This document shows, piece after piece, positions 1 through 10,731 of a stretch of DNA of 64,000 nt. Origin of the DNA: Candidatus Obscuribacterales bacterium (GTDB lineage Bacteria > Cyanobacteriota > Vampirovibrionia > Obscuribacterales > Obscuribacteraceae); assembly GCA_965228855.1 (NCBI GenBank), contig CBDDIJ010000003.1, forward strand, positions 2,880,001 through 2,944,000, written 5' to 3'. Every line of letters starts with the position of its first letter. Within the stretch, counting starts at the first letter, position 1. Below the pieces are notes generated by a model. That model had not been told where the DNA came from and did not search any database. It was given only the letters and a program-made list of their open reading frames with translations. Made by a program: the position numbers and the translations under genes.

Positions 1-1
1 T

Positions 2-106
2 GGACAGCGTGGTATTGATGCTGGTATCGCAGCTGCCCGAGAGGCATTGCCTGAAATTAAACGCAAGCTGGCAGCACTCGGTGTCACCCCGGGCAACATC
101 GACTAG
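2..106 (+). CDS. 3' end of a gene entering the window, possibly a patatin/RssA-like phospholipase
   Basis: Frame 2 reads GQRGIDAGIAAAREALPEIKRKLAALGVTPGNID*, resembling the C-terminal helix of patatin/NTE-family proteins. Only 34 codons are visible. Confidence 0.4.
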   Translation, partial: GQRGIDAGIAAAREALPEIKRKLAALGVTPGNID

Positions 107-145
107 CCGAACTTAGTCCATTAATCTACGACAGATCGAGGAGAG

Positions 146-1561
146 ATGAAGGAATTGCCGGCAGCTGCCGGTCTTACCACTGGAACTCCGTTAGATCCGG
201 AGACAAGCACGAGTTCGACGAATCCCGCCGAACTGGATTTGTTTTCTCGTGCAAGCACTGGATGCACTTTGTTACTCTGCCTTGCAGCCGCAGTTTGCAC
301 TGCGTTTGCTGAGGTTTCGATGTTTCGCGATGGAAGCTATTACTTCCTGAAGATGTGGAACAGCGGTGAGCCGCTTATCGCGCATGCAAGAATTGCTTCC
401 CAAATAATTGAAGCACCACTACTAGCGGTGACAAGCCTGTTTCAGAATTTCGAGTTGTCGCGTGGATGCTTCAATGCGACTTATGCCAGCATTCCGTTTC
501 TTGCGCTTTTCGCTTGCTGGCTTCTGACACGCAAAACACAACCTGCAATGATGGTATGGCCGGTGGTGGCACTCATGGCTAGCGTCCCCTGCAGACCCGA
601 TGGCATAAGTGAAAATAACATTGCCTCAGTGCTGGCTTGGCCGGCACTTTTCTGTTTGGTTCAAACGCCAACAAAGATGACAGCGATTGCCACATTTGCG
701 ATAGTGGGGATGATGGCTTTTCTGCATCCGTCGTCAATTCCGCTTTTGCTGATTCTGTCGATTGCAGCATTCCACCTTTATCACAAGGAAGATGGTCAGA
801 AGAGTCTACGAAAAATTCTGGCGTACGGCTTGGTCGGGCTCTGGCTCTTCAAACTAATTTGTTTTATAGCCTTTCCTCAACCGTATGAGAGCGGACTTTT
901 CAACGAATCAGCCCTACGCAATTTGATCGAATGCGGACTGGCAGTTCCTTGCATTGCGACACTTGTTCCCGCACTCTTTGCGGCGCTGCTGATTCTATTG
1001 ATGACAACGACGAGAATCGAAAACAAAGTAATCACAGGCACAACAATCGTTTTGCTTCTGGCGACAGGGGGCGCAGGTATCTACTGGTCGACGTCGGTGC
1101 AATTCTGGCATCAATGTTTCTGGTATCAAAAAGTATTTTTGTTTCCCAACATGCTACTTCTGCTCTTCGCGTTCATAGATAGCCGCAAACTGCTACGTAG
1201 TCCGCTCAGTACCGGGTTCTACAAATCGCGTGCGCATATCTGCAACATGGCGGGTCTGCTATTTGCATGCGCAATCATGGTTCAAGCGAATTCATGGACG
1301 AATCTTAGCGGTGAATTTAAGCGCTCAATCGATGAAATCAACCAGCAAATAATTGAGCGAAGTCAAATTCACGGGCTCAACGAGACGCCCCTCGACCACT
1401 GGTCTGCATGCTCGTACGGTATCGTTCTACAGGCGAAGTATCCGTGCAAATATGTTCTGGACAGCGAAGAGGCTCAGATTGCGAGAGCCACAACAGAATT
1501 TCGCCTGACACCGTGGGACAGGTCATTCACCGGAAATTATTTTCGCCTGCCCCCAAGATAG
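146..1561 (+). CDS. Multi-pass membrane protein of unknown function (GT-C-like topology possible)
   Basis: 471-aa ORF with about 11 hydrophobic segments, an early DG-containing loop and a soluble C-terminal tail. Confidence 0.7.
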   Translation: MKELPAAAGLTTGTPLDPETSTSSTNPAELDLFSRASTGCTLLLCLAAAVCTAFAEVSMFRDGSYYFLKMWNSGEPLIAHARIASQIIEAPLLAVTSLFQNFELSRGCFNATYASIPFLALFACWLLTRKTQPAMMVWPVVALMASVPCRPDGISENNIASVLAWPALFCLVQTPTKMTAIATFAIVGMMAFLHPSSIPLLLILSIAAFHLYHKEDGQKSLRKILAYGLVGLWLFKLICFIAFPQPYESGLFNESALRNLIECGLAVPCIATLVPALFAALLILLMTTTRIENKVITGTTIVLLLATGGAGIYWSTSVQFWHQCFWYQKVFLFPNMLLLLFAFIDSRKLLRSPLSTGFYKSRAHICNMAGLLFACAIMVQANSWTNLSGEFKRSIDEINQQIIERSQIHGLNETPLDHWSACSYGIVLQAKYPCKYVLDSEEAQIARATTEFRLTPWDRSFTGNYFRLPPR

Positions 1562-1626
1562 CGACGACGCTCTAAACAACATTAACGTTGCCGAGCCATA
1601 CGTGCACGCATGGCGCTGTCATTCGC

Positions 1627-3429
1627 TCATCGATTTCGGGGCACTTTAAACCAGAAGTCACCACCGGTGGAGCCACAGTTCACACCGATGGTACCATCGT
1701 GCGCCTCGACGATCATCTTACAAATCGCTAATCCGAGCCCGGTTCCCTCTTTGCGCTCGCCAGGCAGCCTCTCGAAAGCTTCGAAAATTTTCTCAGACAA
1801 TTGCTCAGGAATGCCGGAGCCGCAATCCAGAACATGAACTTCGAGATATTCGCCAGAATCGTCCGGAGTTCTTTGAACGCTGATTTGAACATCAGAGTTT
1901 TCCGGAGAGAACTTAATTGCGTTTGAAACCAGGTTATTCAAAACCTGAACGAGCTTGGTTCGATCGCAATAAACAGTTTTTGCTCTGCTCTTGTACGTCA
2001 AGTTAATGCCTTTGGTCTGAGCAGATTCACGCAGCATGCTAATTGAATCTTGAACAATTGCATCAACGTCGTGTTCTCCCATCACCATCGTCATCTTGCC
2101 AGCGGCAAGCTTCTGAAAATCAAGCAAATCGTTTACTAACGCAGTGAGATGCTCAATGCTGTTCAGCGCTCCTGAAACTTCTTTGTGAACGCTTGAGGGC
2201 AGCTCCCCGCGCACACCTTCGGACAGCAACATCAGAGAACCGTGCATCGAGGTCAACGGACTGCGAAGATCGTGAGTGATCATGTCGAGAAAATCCTGCT
2301 TAAGCCGCTCGACATTTTTCTCGTCCGTGACATCGTGAATCACGGCAAACATTTCCTGGTCAGCCGCGGAATAAACGCATGACCAGCGCGTCTCGCGCAA
2401 CTGCCCATCCTTGCAGCGCAAACGAACATCAAAGCATGAACGAGATCCGGTTTCCTTCGCTCTGTAAAATTCTTCATCTGCTCTTGCAACATCCTCTGAA
2501 TAAACAAGGTCAAAAACCGTTTGCAACAGCAGCTCTTCCGCTTTCCATCCAGTTAGTTTCGTCGTCGCCGGATTGACCCGTCGAAGCCGACCATCAGCGC
2601 TCATGATGCAAATCATGTCGACGGTTTCTTCAACCATCAACTGTTCCCTGGCAAACGCCTGTTCAATTCCCGCTGCGGCGGTATGGATGTACTGATCGAG
2701 TTCGCCTAATTCGTCATTGTTGCTAAGCGCTGGGAGCAATTGCCGCCGCTCAGACATTCGCCGCACGTTTTCCGCAATGTGCATAATCGGCTGCCTGAAG
2801 TAGATCCAAACGCCAATTGCTAGAACACTGGAAACAAATATGCTCAGGAGAAAAGCAGCAAGGACGACGTGGTGAATATTCTGTTTAAATTCTTCGACAT
2901 ACTTTTCACTGGAACGTTTCGCGCTCTCCGTGCGCATAATTTTACCGAGCTGATCGACAAAATCGAGAGTAGCGTCTTCCCACTTTTTATCGTACTCGAG
3001 ATGAACCTTCATCCATTCATCTTCGCCCTTACTTTGGATGGTAAACATCTCATCGATAATTCGAAGAAAATTATTTGCAGACGTTTCCAACGAATCAGCA
3101 TTCTTAGCCTGCCCAGGAGTGCTTCTCGTCATATCTACGAGGGTATCAAACGGTTTCTTGAGCCGATTGACCTCCGAACGAATCTTGGCCTGGTCAACTG
3201 GATTGTGGCCTGGCATGCCATCAAAAAAGGTTTTCGTTGTGTATGTCAGCACATCGACGCAAACGGTATGTGCTTTGGTTAGGAGCCGACGAGAGTGGGT
3301 CGCACGAACCAACTCGTCCTGCAGATTGGACAAATTCGCAATTAGAATGCCCACGAATACAAACTGACAAAGCAGAGGTAAAAGAACCAGAATGATGCCG
3401 CGCGTTTTCAGATTGAAGACACGTTTCAC
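1627..3429 (-). CDS. Sensor histidine kinase (TM-periplasmic-TM-HAMP-PAS-HisKA-HATPase)
   Basis: H-box ITHDLRSPL, N-box NLVSNAIKFS, G1 DCGSGI, G2 GTGLGL, PAS segment. The GTG start overlaps the upstream stop (GTGA). Confidence 0.92.
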   Translation of the reverse strand: MKRVFNLKTRGIILVLLPLLCQFVFVGILIANLSNLQDELVRATHSRRLLTKAHTVCVDVLTYTTKTFFDGMPGHNPVDQAKIRSEVNRLKKPFDTLVDMTRSTPGQAKNADSLETSANNFLRIIDEMFTIQSKGEDEWMKVHLEYDKKWEDATLDFVDQLGKIMRTESAKRSSEKYVEEFKQNIHHVVLAAFLLSIFVSSVLAIGVWIYFRQPIMHIAENVRRMSERRQLLPALSNNDELGELDQYIHTAAAGIEQAFAREQLMVEETVDMICIMSADGRLRRVNPATTKLTGWKAEELLLQTVFDLVYSEDVARADEEFYRAKETGSRSCFDVRLRCKDGQLRETRWSCVYSAADQEMFAVIHDVTDEKNVERLKQDFLDMITHDLRSPLTSMHGSLMLLSEGVRGELPSSVHKEVSGALNSIEHLTALVNDLLDFQKLAAGKMTMVMGEHDVDAIVQDSISMLRESAQTKGINLTYKSRAKTVYCDRTKLVQVLNNLVSNAIKFSPENSDVQISVQRTPDDSGEYLEVHVLDCGSGIPEQLSEKIFEAFERLPGERKEGTGLGLAICKMIVEAHDGTIGVNCGSTGGDFWFKVPRNR

Positions 3430-5222
3430 GCTTCGTCCTCCTGATCTACGAACTCAGGTATGGATAGCCAAAACGTGCTGCCTTTGCCGACCTCTGACTC
3501 TATACCGACATCGCCTCCATGCGCGTACGCAATCGCTTTTACAATCGCCAATCCTAGCCCGGTGCCTTTTATGCTCACATTGGAACTGGCTTTACTCTGG
3601 CTGAATTTCTCGAAGAGCAGCGAGCGATCGTTCTCCGGGATACCAGGTCCCTGGTCGGAGATGCGAATCTGGACGACAGCCGCACTATCAGCAATTGTGC
3701 GCTCCAGCGAAAGCGTAATAGTAGAATTCCGAGGAGAAAACTTAATCGCATTAGATAAAAGATTTACTACAGACTGAACCAACCGGCGTTCGTCACCAAG
3801 CAAAGCAAAATCGTTTTTCGGTTTCACCACCGTAACACCAGCCCTGGCAGCCATTGCATCAAGCGTTTCACAGGCTAAAACACAAACATCAAATGCGCTG
3901 ACACAATTAGTCGCGAGGACGAACTTTCCGGATTCGAGCTTTTCCAGTTCCAAAAGTTCGTTGACGAGATCAACCAGACGAGAAAGTATATCTCGTGTTT
4001 TAGTAAGCTCCTTTCGCGCAGCTGGAGTCAGTGGTTCGTTCTGTTGATCTAGCAAGCGCTCCAGAGTTATTGAAACGGACGCGAGCGGGGAGCGTAAATC
4101 GTGGCCTGCAATAGCCAGAAACTGTTGTTTCATCTTCTGTAGATTGCGAAGTTCAGTGACATCGTGAATGACGCAGAAATATTGTGATTCTACTGAATTC
4201 CATTTTACGGACCAGACTACATCACGAATGTCACCGTATTTGGTGCGGATTCTGTTATGAATTTCGCCCGCCCCCGGACCGTCACTTACAAGTTGAAATT
4301 GCGCTCGAGTTTCATCAACATCATCGGGTACAACGATGGCAGCAAGCGCCTTTCCGAGCAACTCGTCCTCAGAAAAACTCCAATCTCGAAACGCTGCTGC
4401 ATTGACGCCGGTAAAGCGCAGTTTGTGATCTAGAGAACAAATAACATCTGCTGCATTATCTAGAACCGCGTTTTCACGTTCGCGAATGTCTTGCAAGCTT
4501 CGAGATGATTCGTAGATGATTGACTCTAACGATGCAAGTTCATCGCCCTTCAAAGCCGGTGGCAAAACAGGCTCTCTGGCAGCTAGCCGATGAGCGCTTT
4601 CTTTCAAACGAAGTAGGCGATCAATGATATCTCTTGTCAAAAAATGAGCCAATGCAAATGAGACTAGCGCACTAAATGCGACACCAGTCGCCATGAGTGC
4701 CATTAACGTCGAGCGAAAACGGGACAGTTCTGCCGGCTCGGAATCTGCTACTCGTTTCTCGATAGCTATAATGCGATCCGCAATCGATCTCATATCGAGA
4801 AAACTAGTATAAATCAGTTGCCTGGGAAACCCCTCGTGCGTCGTGTATTCGCGCCGTTTTGCGGCAACCAGAGCACCGATAGCCTTTGTCAATTCCCCGA
4901 CGTCATCTTGCAGCGAGGACAGTTCAGGAAAGCGATTGTCGGAGACTTTTCCGAACGACAGCTGGGAAAATTCTTTCTCCAGGTAATCTAAACGTTTCTC
5001 GTCCTTTTTGGTGTTTTGAGTGTCGCTAAGTGCCCAGATACACGTGCTTATAACCCAGTTCTCTGTCCTGTACATATTCTCGATGGCATCCCTGGAATGC
5101 TCCATCTTCTGAAGGTCAGAGGCGATCTGATCCACAGCAAACGCCATGATAAAAATGAAGACCAACTCGAAGCATACTGGTATTAAAACCAGTACCAGTG
5201 CTTTTTGAGTTGTCGTCAACAT
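3426..5222 (-). CDS. Sensor histidine kinase (TM-periplasmic-TM-HAMP-PAS-HisKA-HATPase), paralog of the downstream kinase
   Basis: H-box AGHDLRSPL, NLLSNAIKFS, DQGPGI, GTGLGL and GKGSTFW motifs. Confidence 0.92.
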   Translation of the reverse strand: MLTTTQKALVLVLIPVCFELVFIFIMAFAVDQIASDLQKMEHSRDAIENMYRTENWVISTCIWALSDTQNTKKDEKRLDYLEKEFSQLSFGKVSDNRFPELSSLQDDVGELTKAIGALVAAKRREYTTHEGFPRQLIYTSFLDMRSIADRIIAIEKRVADSEPAELSRFRSTLMALMATGVAFSALVSFALAHFLTRDIIDRLLRLKESAHRLAAREPVLPPALKGDELASLESIIYESSRSLQDIRERENAVLDNAADVICSLDHKLRFTGVNAAAFRDWSFSEDELLGKALAAIVVPDDVDETRAQFQLVSDGPGAGEIHNRIRTKYGDIRDVVWSVKWNSVESQYFCVIHDVTELRNLQKMKQQFLAIAGHDLRSPLASVSITLERLLDQQNEPLTPAARKELTKTRDILSRLVDLVNELLELEKLESGKFVLATNCVSAFDVCVLACETLDAMAARAGVTVVKPKNDFALLGDERRLVQSVVNLLSNAIKFSPRNSTITLSLERTIADSAAVVQIRISDQGPGIPENDRSLLFEKFSQSKASSNVSIKGTGLGLAIVKAIAYAHGGDVGIESEVGKGSTFWLSIPEFVDQEDEA

Positions 5223-5287
5223 TTAACGACTACCCTCGCCCGACGCAGGATCCGACGAGTCGCGACGTTTGCACCAGGTTTTCGCTT

Positions 5288-6523
5288 CTAAACTTCGCTT
5301 GCAACCTTACCGCCATACTTCTCGTGAACATATCCTTCCACGAGTTGTATGAAATCTCTCGCCAATGTCGGTCCTTCAAGCGTTTTTACATGGCGACCAT
5401 CAATGTAAACGGGCGCACGCGGCTCCTCGCCCGTTCCCGGCAAAGATATGCCAATATCCGCGTGCTTCGATTCGCCCGGACCATTCACAATACAGCCCAT
5501 CACGGCGACTTTCAGCGACTCGACTCCTGGAAAGCGCTCAACCCAAACTTTGCGATTGGCGGCGAGGTGAACTTCGATTTCTTTAGCCAGACTTTGAAAT
5601 ACAGTGCTCGTCGTTCTGCCGCAGCCCGGACACGCTGTCACTTGCGGAGTGAAGGAGCGGATGCCCAGCGCCTGCAAAATACTCTGGCAGACACGCACTT
5701 CCTCGCAGCGATCGGCACCTGGTTCAGGAGTCAAACTGACCCGAATCGTATCGCCGATACCCTTCGCCAGAAGAATCGATAGCGCTGATGCGGAATACGA
5801 TATTCCTTTCATGCCCATCCCTGCTTCTGTTAGACCTAAGTGCAACGCATACTCGCACTTCGCGGCAAGCTCGGTATAAACCGAAATCAGGTCAGGCACT
5901 TCAGACACTTTCGCAGAAATGATGATCCGGTCAGCCGGCATACCATAGGTTTCCGCAGTTTTAGCTGATGCAATGGCGCTTTCTATAATCGCATCGATGA
6001 GAACCGCATGCGCATCTTTAGGGTTCGGGAGCGTGGCATTCTCATCCATCATGCGAGCCAGCAGTTCCTGATCCAGAGAGCCCCAGTTGACGCCAATTCT
6101 CACCGGTTTATCAAACTGCAACGCGGCATCGATCATGCTTTTAAAATTGGTATCGTGCTTCTCGCCACGACCGACGTTGCCTGGATTGATGCGGTATTTC
6201 GCTAATGCTCTGGCGCAATCGGGAAACTCGCGCAACAACAGATGACCGTTGTAGTGGAAATCGCCAACGAGAGGAACATCCACGCCCATGCCATGAAGCT
6301 TCTCCACGATGTGCGGAACGGCTTTGGCAGCCTCTTTAGTATTGACTGTTATTCGAACAATCTCAGAGCCGGCATCATACAGTTCTTTGACTTGCTGTGC
6401 CGTCAAATCCGGATCTTCAGTCGGAGTGTTCGTCATGGACTGCACCAGGACTGGTGCATCACCACCGATTAGCTTGTCGCCAATTTTTACCTGGTGAGAT
6501 TTGCGTCGTTTGATTTCAAACAT
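5288..6523 (-). CDS. ispG: (E)-4-hydroxy-3-methylbut-2-enyl-diphosphate synthase
   Basis: [37 protein letters not shown], and the Fe-S motifs CPGCGR and [10 protein letters not shown]. Confidence 0.97.
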   Translation of the reverse strand: MFEIKRRKSHQVKIGDKLIGGDAPVLVQSMTNTPTEDPDLTAQQVKELYDAGSEIVRITVNTKEAAKAVPHIVEKLHGMGVDVPLVGDFHYNGHLLLREFPDCARALAKYRINPGNVGRGEKHDTNFKSMIDAALQFDKPVRIGVNWGSLDQELLARMMDENATLPNPKDAHAVLIDAIIESAIASAKTAETYGMPADRIIISAKVSEVPDLISVYTELAAKCEYALHLGLTEAGMGMKGISYSASALSILLAKGIGDTIRVSLTPEPGADRCEEVRVCQSILQALGIRSFTPQVTACPGCGRTTSTVFQSLAKEIEVHLAANRKVWVERFPGVESLKVAVMGCIVNGPGESKHADIGISLPGTGEEPRAPVYIDGRHVKTLEGPTLARDFIQLVEGYVHEKYGGKVASEV

Positions 6524-6555
6524 GATTTTCTTCAGGCTTCCGGTCGGTATCGTCG

Positions 6556-7047
6556 CTACATCGCCCAGATCTCGGGATGTTGCTCCCTCAAACTATACCA
6601 GTCATCGAGATAACCCGCTCCGATTATCAAATGATCGATAACATTAACACCCATAAACTGTCCCGCCTTCACCAACTGCTTAGTGGTTTCAATGTCCTCA
6701 TCGCTTGCCTTCAGAGCCGATCCGGACGGATGATTATGGCAGACTAATATTGCAAAACTGTTGGCAATTAACGCCGCCTTAAACACCTCACGTGGATGCA
6801 CCAGGCTTGCCGAAAGCGTTCCATGTGAAACCTCGTGAAGACCAAGCACCTCATTTTTAGCATTCAAATGCAGAGCCATAAAGTACTCTTCGCAAGCCAA
6901 TGCCAGCGGCGCAAAATACTTAACGGCGTCCTGTGGACGCGTTATCGTTATCGCATTCCCTCTATCCATCGGTCTTTCCTGAACTAAACAAAGTTTGAAT
7001 TTCGGTAATTGGTATGTAAGCTCATCGATCATTACTTGACGCTGCAT
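6556..7047 (-). CDS. radC: Short RadC-family JAB/MPN domain protein
   Basis: [25 protein letters not shown] and IDHLII motifs. Start moved to the ATG at 7047, which follows a GAGGA RBS. Confidence 0.88.
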   Translation of the reverse strand: MQRQVMIDELTYQLPKFKLCLVQERPMDRGNAITITRPQDAVKYFAPLALACEEYFMALHLNAKNEVLGLHEVSHGTLSASLVHPREVFKAALIANSFAILVCHNHPSGSALKASDEDIETTKQLVKAGQFMGVNVIDHLIIGAGYLDDWYSLREQHPEIWAM

Positions 7048-7258
7048 AGTCGTGTTCCTCCGCGACACCTGATGGTGCCTCTCATTCCGCCGTGCCAAAA
7101 CTGCCTCTAATTTCAAGTACGTATAATCAGAGTAAAAAGTTCAACGAAAATCGAACCAATTTGCAAGCGCCTATTGGCTCTAGAAACACAAACAGACAAG
7201 ACCCTTTTCTCGAAATAATCCAAGATATCGAATCGAAGTGAGAGACTCTAATCATAGG

Positions 7259-7340
7259 CGAAGAGACCAAGCCCGCAAGGAGCTAAACTCCGACGAAGAC
7301 AGGCGAACCGCAAACGAGCTGAACTCCGATGTTCAAGCTC
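7259..7340. repeat. Degenerate ~35-bp direct repeat (2 copies) with an overlapping hairpin
   Basis: ccgcaaggagctaaactccga versus ccgcaaacgagctgaactccga; inverted repeat gagctgaac...gttcaagctc. Confidence 0.45.
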
Positions 7341-7373
7341 TAAGAAACGGCATAGAGACGCAACGGCAAAGTC

Positions 7374-8765
7374 CTAAACTTTGACGAGCTTCCAGACGCC
7401 AGTTTTATACCGCCATAAGGCAAGAAGACCCAGCACCACAGATGATGCGGCAATGCCCATCCAACAGCCCATCGGACCGTCGTAAACCCGCCCGGTGAGA
7501 AACCAGGAGAGCGGCAAGCGCAAAAATATCAGCGAAAAGATGCCGACCCACATGGGCCACGCCGTATAGCCCGCGCCCTGCATTGCACCAAAGAGGATAA
7601 TGAATAAGGCGACGAACGGCTGCGACAATCCCACGACCTGGAAATATTGCGTCGAATACAGAATCACAGTCGGATCAGAGCTCATGGTTTTAGAGATGGT
7701 TTCCGCGCCAAAGAAAAGCACAAGTGCGATCACGACGGTAAATCCAAGCCCTACCCAGGTACACTGCCAGCCCGCCTGTTCTGCGCGCTCAGGTTTTCCG
7801 GCGCCAAGATTCTGACCCACGATCGGTGCCACGGCCGCACTGATTGCGTGCAAAGGCAGGCAACTGATGATTTCTTCGAGGCGGAACCCAATTGCCCAAG
7901 CTGCCTGGCAAGCGGTTTTGTTGACGGTTTCGGCAAATATCAAAAACAACAAGAAACATCCGCCGACCCAGGCGAGGTCCATGATGCAAGATGGAATGCC
8001 GATCTTCAAGATGCGGACGAACCATTCTTTCTGAACTCCTTCGCGAAAGAGAAGCGGCAAACTCGTGCAGCTCGCCAGTTTCGTTTTCCGAAGCTGAAAG
8101 AAGTTGAGCGCGACACCAACAATGGCGGCAACCAGCCATGCGGCTCCGATGCCAGAGATTCCGAAGTTGAAAGGTTTCACGCACAGCACAAAGTCGAGAA
8201 CACAGATGATGCAAGTCATGATCATCCAGTTCATCATCGGCGCACGGGCGTTTCCCATCGCACGCCAGAGTGAGTGCGAAACCCAGCAGAGCGTGAATGG
8301 AAACTGTGAGAGCAGGTCGACGCGCATGTACTGCCAACCGAGTTCTTGCACCTCAGGAGAGGCGCCCAACCAGGCCACCAGCGGTCGACAAATCAAAAGA
8401 CCCAGAGACATCGAAGAGATGCCGAAAACCAGCCCGAATAACATCGACTGTTTCGCAGCCTTTTCGGCCATGTCCATCTCACGCGCGCCCCAGTAACGGC
8501 TCACGAGCGCAGTCGTGCCCGCGGACAGCGCCACGGTCATGAGAATCATGAAAAACCAGATTTGCCCGCACAAACCGATCGCGGCCTGCGCGTCGGAACC
8601 GAGGACATTGCCGGCAATCCAGACGTCGCAAAAGCTGGCGATGGAAACGCTGGACATCTGCAGAAGCATAGGCCAAGCCATGTGCCAGATTGCCTGCCAC
8701 GTGGAACCGTTGATGATTACATCATCAAGCTTTTCCTTTGACTCAACCTCTTGACAGGCTTCCAT
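7374..8765 (-). CDS. MATE family efflux transporter
   Basis: About 12 TM segments with MATE motifs (IWHMAWP, LVSRYWGA, IVGQNLGAGK). ATG at 8765 follows GGAGGAG. Confidence 0.93.
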   Translation of the reverse strand: MEACQEVESKEKLDDVIINGSTWQAIWHMAWPMLLQMSSVSIASFCDVWIAGNVLGSDAQAAIGLCGQIWFFMILMTVALSAGTTALVSRYWGAREMDMAEKAAKQSMLFGLVFGISSMSLGLLICRPLVAWLGASPEVQELGWQYMRVDLLSQFPFTLCWVSHSLWRAMGNARAPMMNWMIMTCIICVLDFVLCVKPFNFGISGIGAAWLVAAIVGVALNFFQLRKTKLASCTSLPLLFREGVQKEWFVRILKIGIPSCIMDLAWVGGCFLLFLIFAETVNKTACQAAWAIGFRLEEIISCLPLHAISAAVAPIVGQNLGAGKPERAEQAGWQCTWVGLGFTVVIALVLFFGAETISKTMSSDPTVILYSTQYFQVVGLSQPFVALFIILFGAMQGAGYTAWPMWVGIFSLIFLRLPLSWFLTGRVYDGPMGCWMGIAASSVVLGLLALWRYKTGVWKLVKV

Positions 8766-8980
8766 GCTCCTCCGCCTCAACAATCGCGTCGCAAGTCCTG
8801 AGTTTAGTTACGAGCGCTAGCCCGCATCCCAATCTACTTGCGCACTAATCCACATGAACGAGAGCTCACGTGAAGCTGGTCGCATCGACTTCTCGAATCG
8901 GCCAGCATTGCTCTACAATACAGCTAATCGCCTCACAAGGATATTGATTCCTGACTACTATCAAGAAACTTCAATCGCAC

Positions 8981-10291
8981 TTGCAAGAACAAATTTCCAA
9001 CTCCGAACAATCTGCATTCGACGCAAGCCAATTGCGAGTAGCCACCGAAGCAGAGCTCTGGACGGTTCTTTCGCGCCTGCTCACATTTGAAGAGCCTGCC
9101 GACCGTTCCCAACAAATTCGCAAGGCGATTAGAAAACACCTCGATAAGAAGGCGCCTTCCATAGACGCCTTACCGATAACGGAACAGGGAAAAGTTTTCT
9201 CAGCAATTTTCGGCCGAGAAAAAACCGCTTGCAACGGCCGCCAGGTTCACCGCCCCGACGGCGGGTTGGAAACGGCTTCGATAAACGCGCTCGTCAACTT
9301 TGCTCTTGCATTCGAAGACCTGGGACGGTTCAACAGACTAACGTTCGATTCTTGGCTCAAAAGCGAATGGCAGAACGAGGTAGTTGCAGACGTGATGCTG
9401 CTGCCCGACGCCGATTTAAGTCCGGCAGAACGACTATGGCTGTACAATTCCACGATTTGTGTTCCGGACTGGTCTAAACTCACAGAGACCGGTCCGTGGT
9501 CAGACACGCCGCAAGCGCGCTTCATCGCCATGTTCGTCAACACCGCGCGATGGACGTTTCTCAAAGAAGAAAAGGAAGCTCGGCTCGAAGCCAACATAAC
9601 ATTTGCCGATGGCGGCGACTCAAACAAATCGCAGTACGCATTCGATACTGTTTTCTTCGAACGCGGTCTCACGCTCTGGCGTAAATTGATCGAAGAAAAC
9701 CGTCCATGGTTGCCGGGTTCATTCTTGCCAAAAATTATCGTGCTCGCCGAAGGTCAGACAGAGGCATTGATGATGCCTACATTCGCGAAGTTAATGAACA
9801 CCAGCTTCGACGAACTCGCCATACAAGTCGAGGCCTGCGGTGGCGCAAAACAAGTCGTGAAACGTTATCTCAACCTGAAGGAACTGACCACTCTCCCGAT
9901 CGTTTGCATCCTTGATGCCGACGTCAATGAGTTCGCCGAGATCATTCAAGACAGCCTGCGCTCGGACGATCGCATGGTAACAGTGACTCAGGGAGAAATA
10001 GAAGATACCTTCACGACGCCTGTATTCCACCGCTTGATCAACTTGTATTTGAAGGAAAACGGCTGCCTTGAACCAATCCCTTACATAGAATTGCTCAACG
10101 GCGATGGCGACCGCAACGACACGCTCGACAGACTTTTCAGAATTCGGGGGCTGGGAAACTTTGATAAGATCGGGTTTGCGGAGATAGTCGCCGGCAATCT
10201 AAAAAAATCCGACGTGCCCGAGGACGGCAAGCGCATCATTGGAGCAATTGTAGAAACGTACAATGACGGAATCAACCTCCGATTCCAATAA
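8981..10291 (+). CDS. OLD-family TOPRIM nuclease domain protein without an ABC ATPase domain
   Basis: The C-terminal IVLAEGQTE...CGG...ILDAD...GEIED...DKIGFAE...P series matches the OLD Toprim plus helical domain. No Walker A motif in the N-terminal ~250 aa. Confidence 0.8.
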   Translation: MQEQISNSEQSAFDASQLRVATEAELWTVLSRLLTFEEPADRSQQIRKAIRKHLDKKAPSIDALPITEQGKVFSAIFGREKTACNGRQVHRPDGGLETASINALVNFALAFEDLGRFNRLTFDSWLKSEWQNEVVADVMLLPDADLSPAERLWLYNSTICVPDWSKLTETGPWSDTPQARFIAMFVNTARWTFLKEEKEARLEANITFADGGDSNKSQYAFDTVFFERGLTLWRKLIEENRPWLPGSFLPKIIVLAEGQTEALMMPTFAKLMNTSFDELAIQVEACGGAKQVVKRYLNLKELTTLPIVCILDADVNEFAEIIQDSLRSDDRMVTVTQGEIEDTFTTPVFHRLINLYLKENGCLEPIPYIELLNGDGDRNDTLDRLFRIRGLGNFDKIGFAEIVAGNLKKSDVPEDGKRIIGAIVETYNDGINLRFQ

Positions 10292-10730
10292 CTCGCCGCC
10301 AAAGAAAGCAAAGTCAAAAGCGGTGAAAATTGCCGGAGCACTATCTACGGTGCTCTGGATAATCGGATTTGTGCTGCCGTTTATTCTGAAACCCGGAAGT
10401 CCGTACGTGTGGCTATCGGATACATTCTTGCTCTGCGGTTTTTGGCCACTACTATTTGTTTATCGCCCCGGCTGGACGTGGTTCATTTTCGGCGTGTTGA
10501 ACATGCTCATCGGTTTCGGCTTGGAGCTCGTGAAGTACCTGGTCGTTTCAATTCCGGAAAGCTTCTGGACCCCGGATAAGATCGCGATGAAACCCGCATT
10601 CGAACACATGAACCAGCACATCGCCGACATGCACCCCTGTATGCCCTGGATCCTGATCGGCGCCGCCAGCACCATCTACGGTGCCTTCCGAATAATCAAA
10701 ACGATAGTCAAATGGCTCCTCAAAAAATAA
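10263..10730 (+). CDS. Small membrane protein (about 4 TM), overlapping the TOPRIM gene by 29 nt
   Basis: 155-aa ORF with four hydrophobic stretches and a His/Met/Cys-rich loop (HMNQHIADMHPCM). Confidence 0.75.
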   Translation: MTESTSDSNNSPPKKAKSKAVKIAGALSTVLWIIGFVLPFILKPGSPYVWLSDTFLLCGFWPLLFVYRPGWTWFIFGVLNMLIGFGLELVKYLVVSIPESFWTPDKIAMKPAFEHMNQHIADMHPCMPWILIGAASTIYGAFRIIKTIVKWLLKK

Positions 10731-10731
10731 A

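Noticed and set aside
7116..7165. LexA-box-like words upstream of radC (AGTAAAAAGTTC, GAACCAATTTGC)
   Set aside because: Wrong spacing or two mismatches to the cyanobacterial and Gram-positive consensus.
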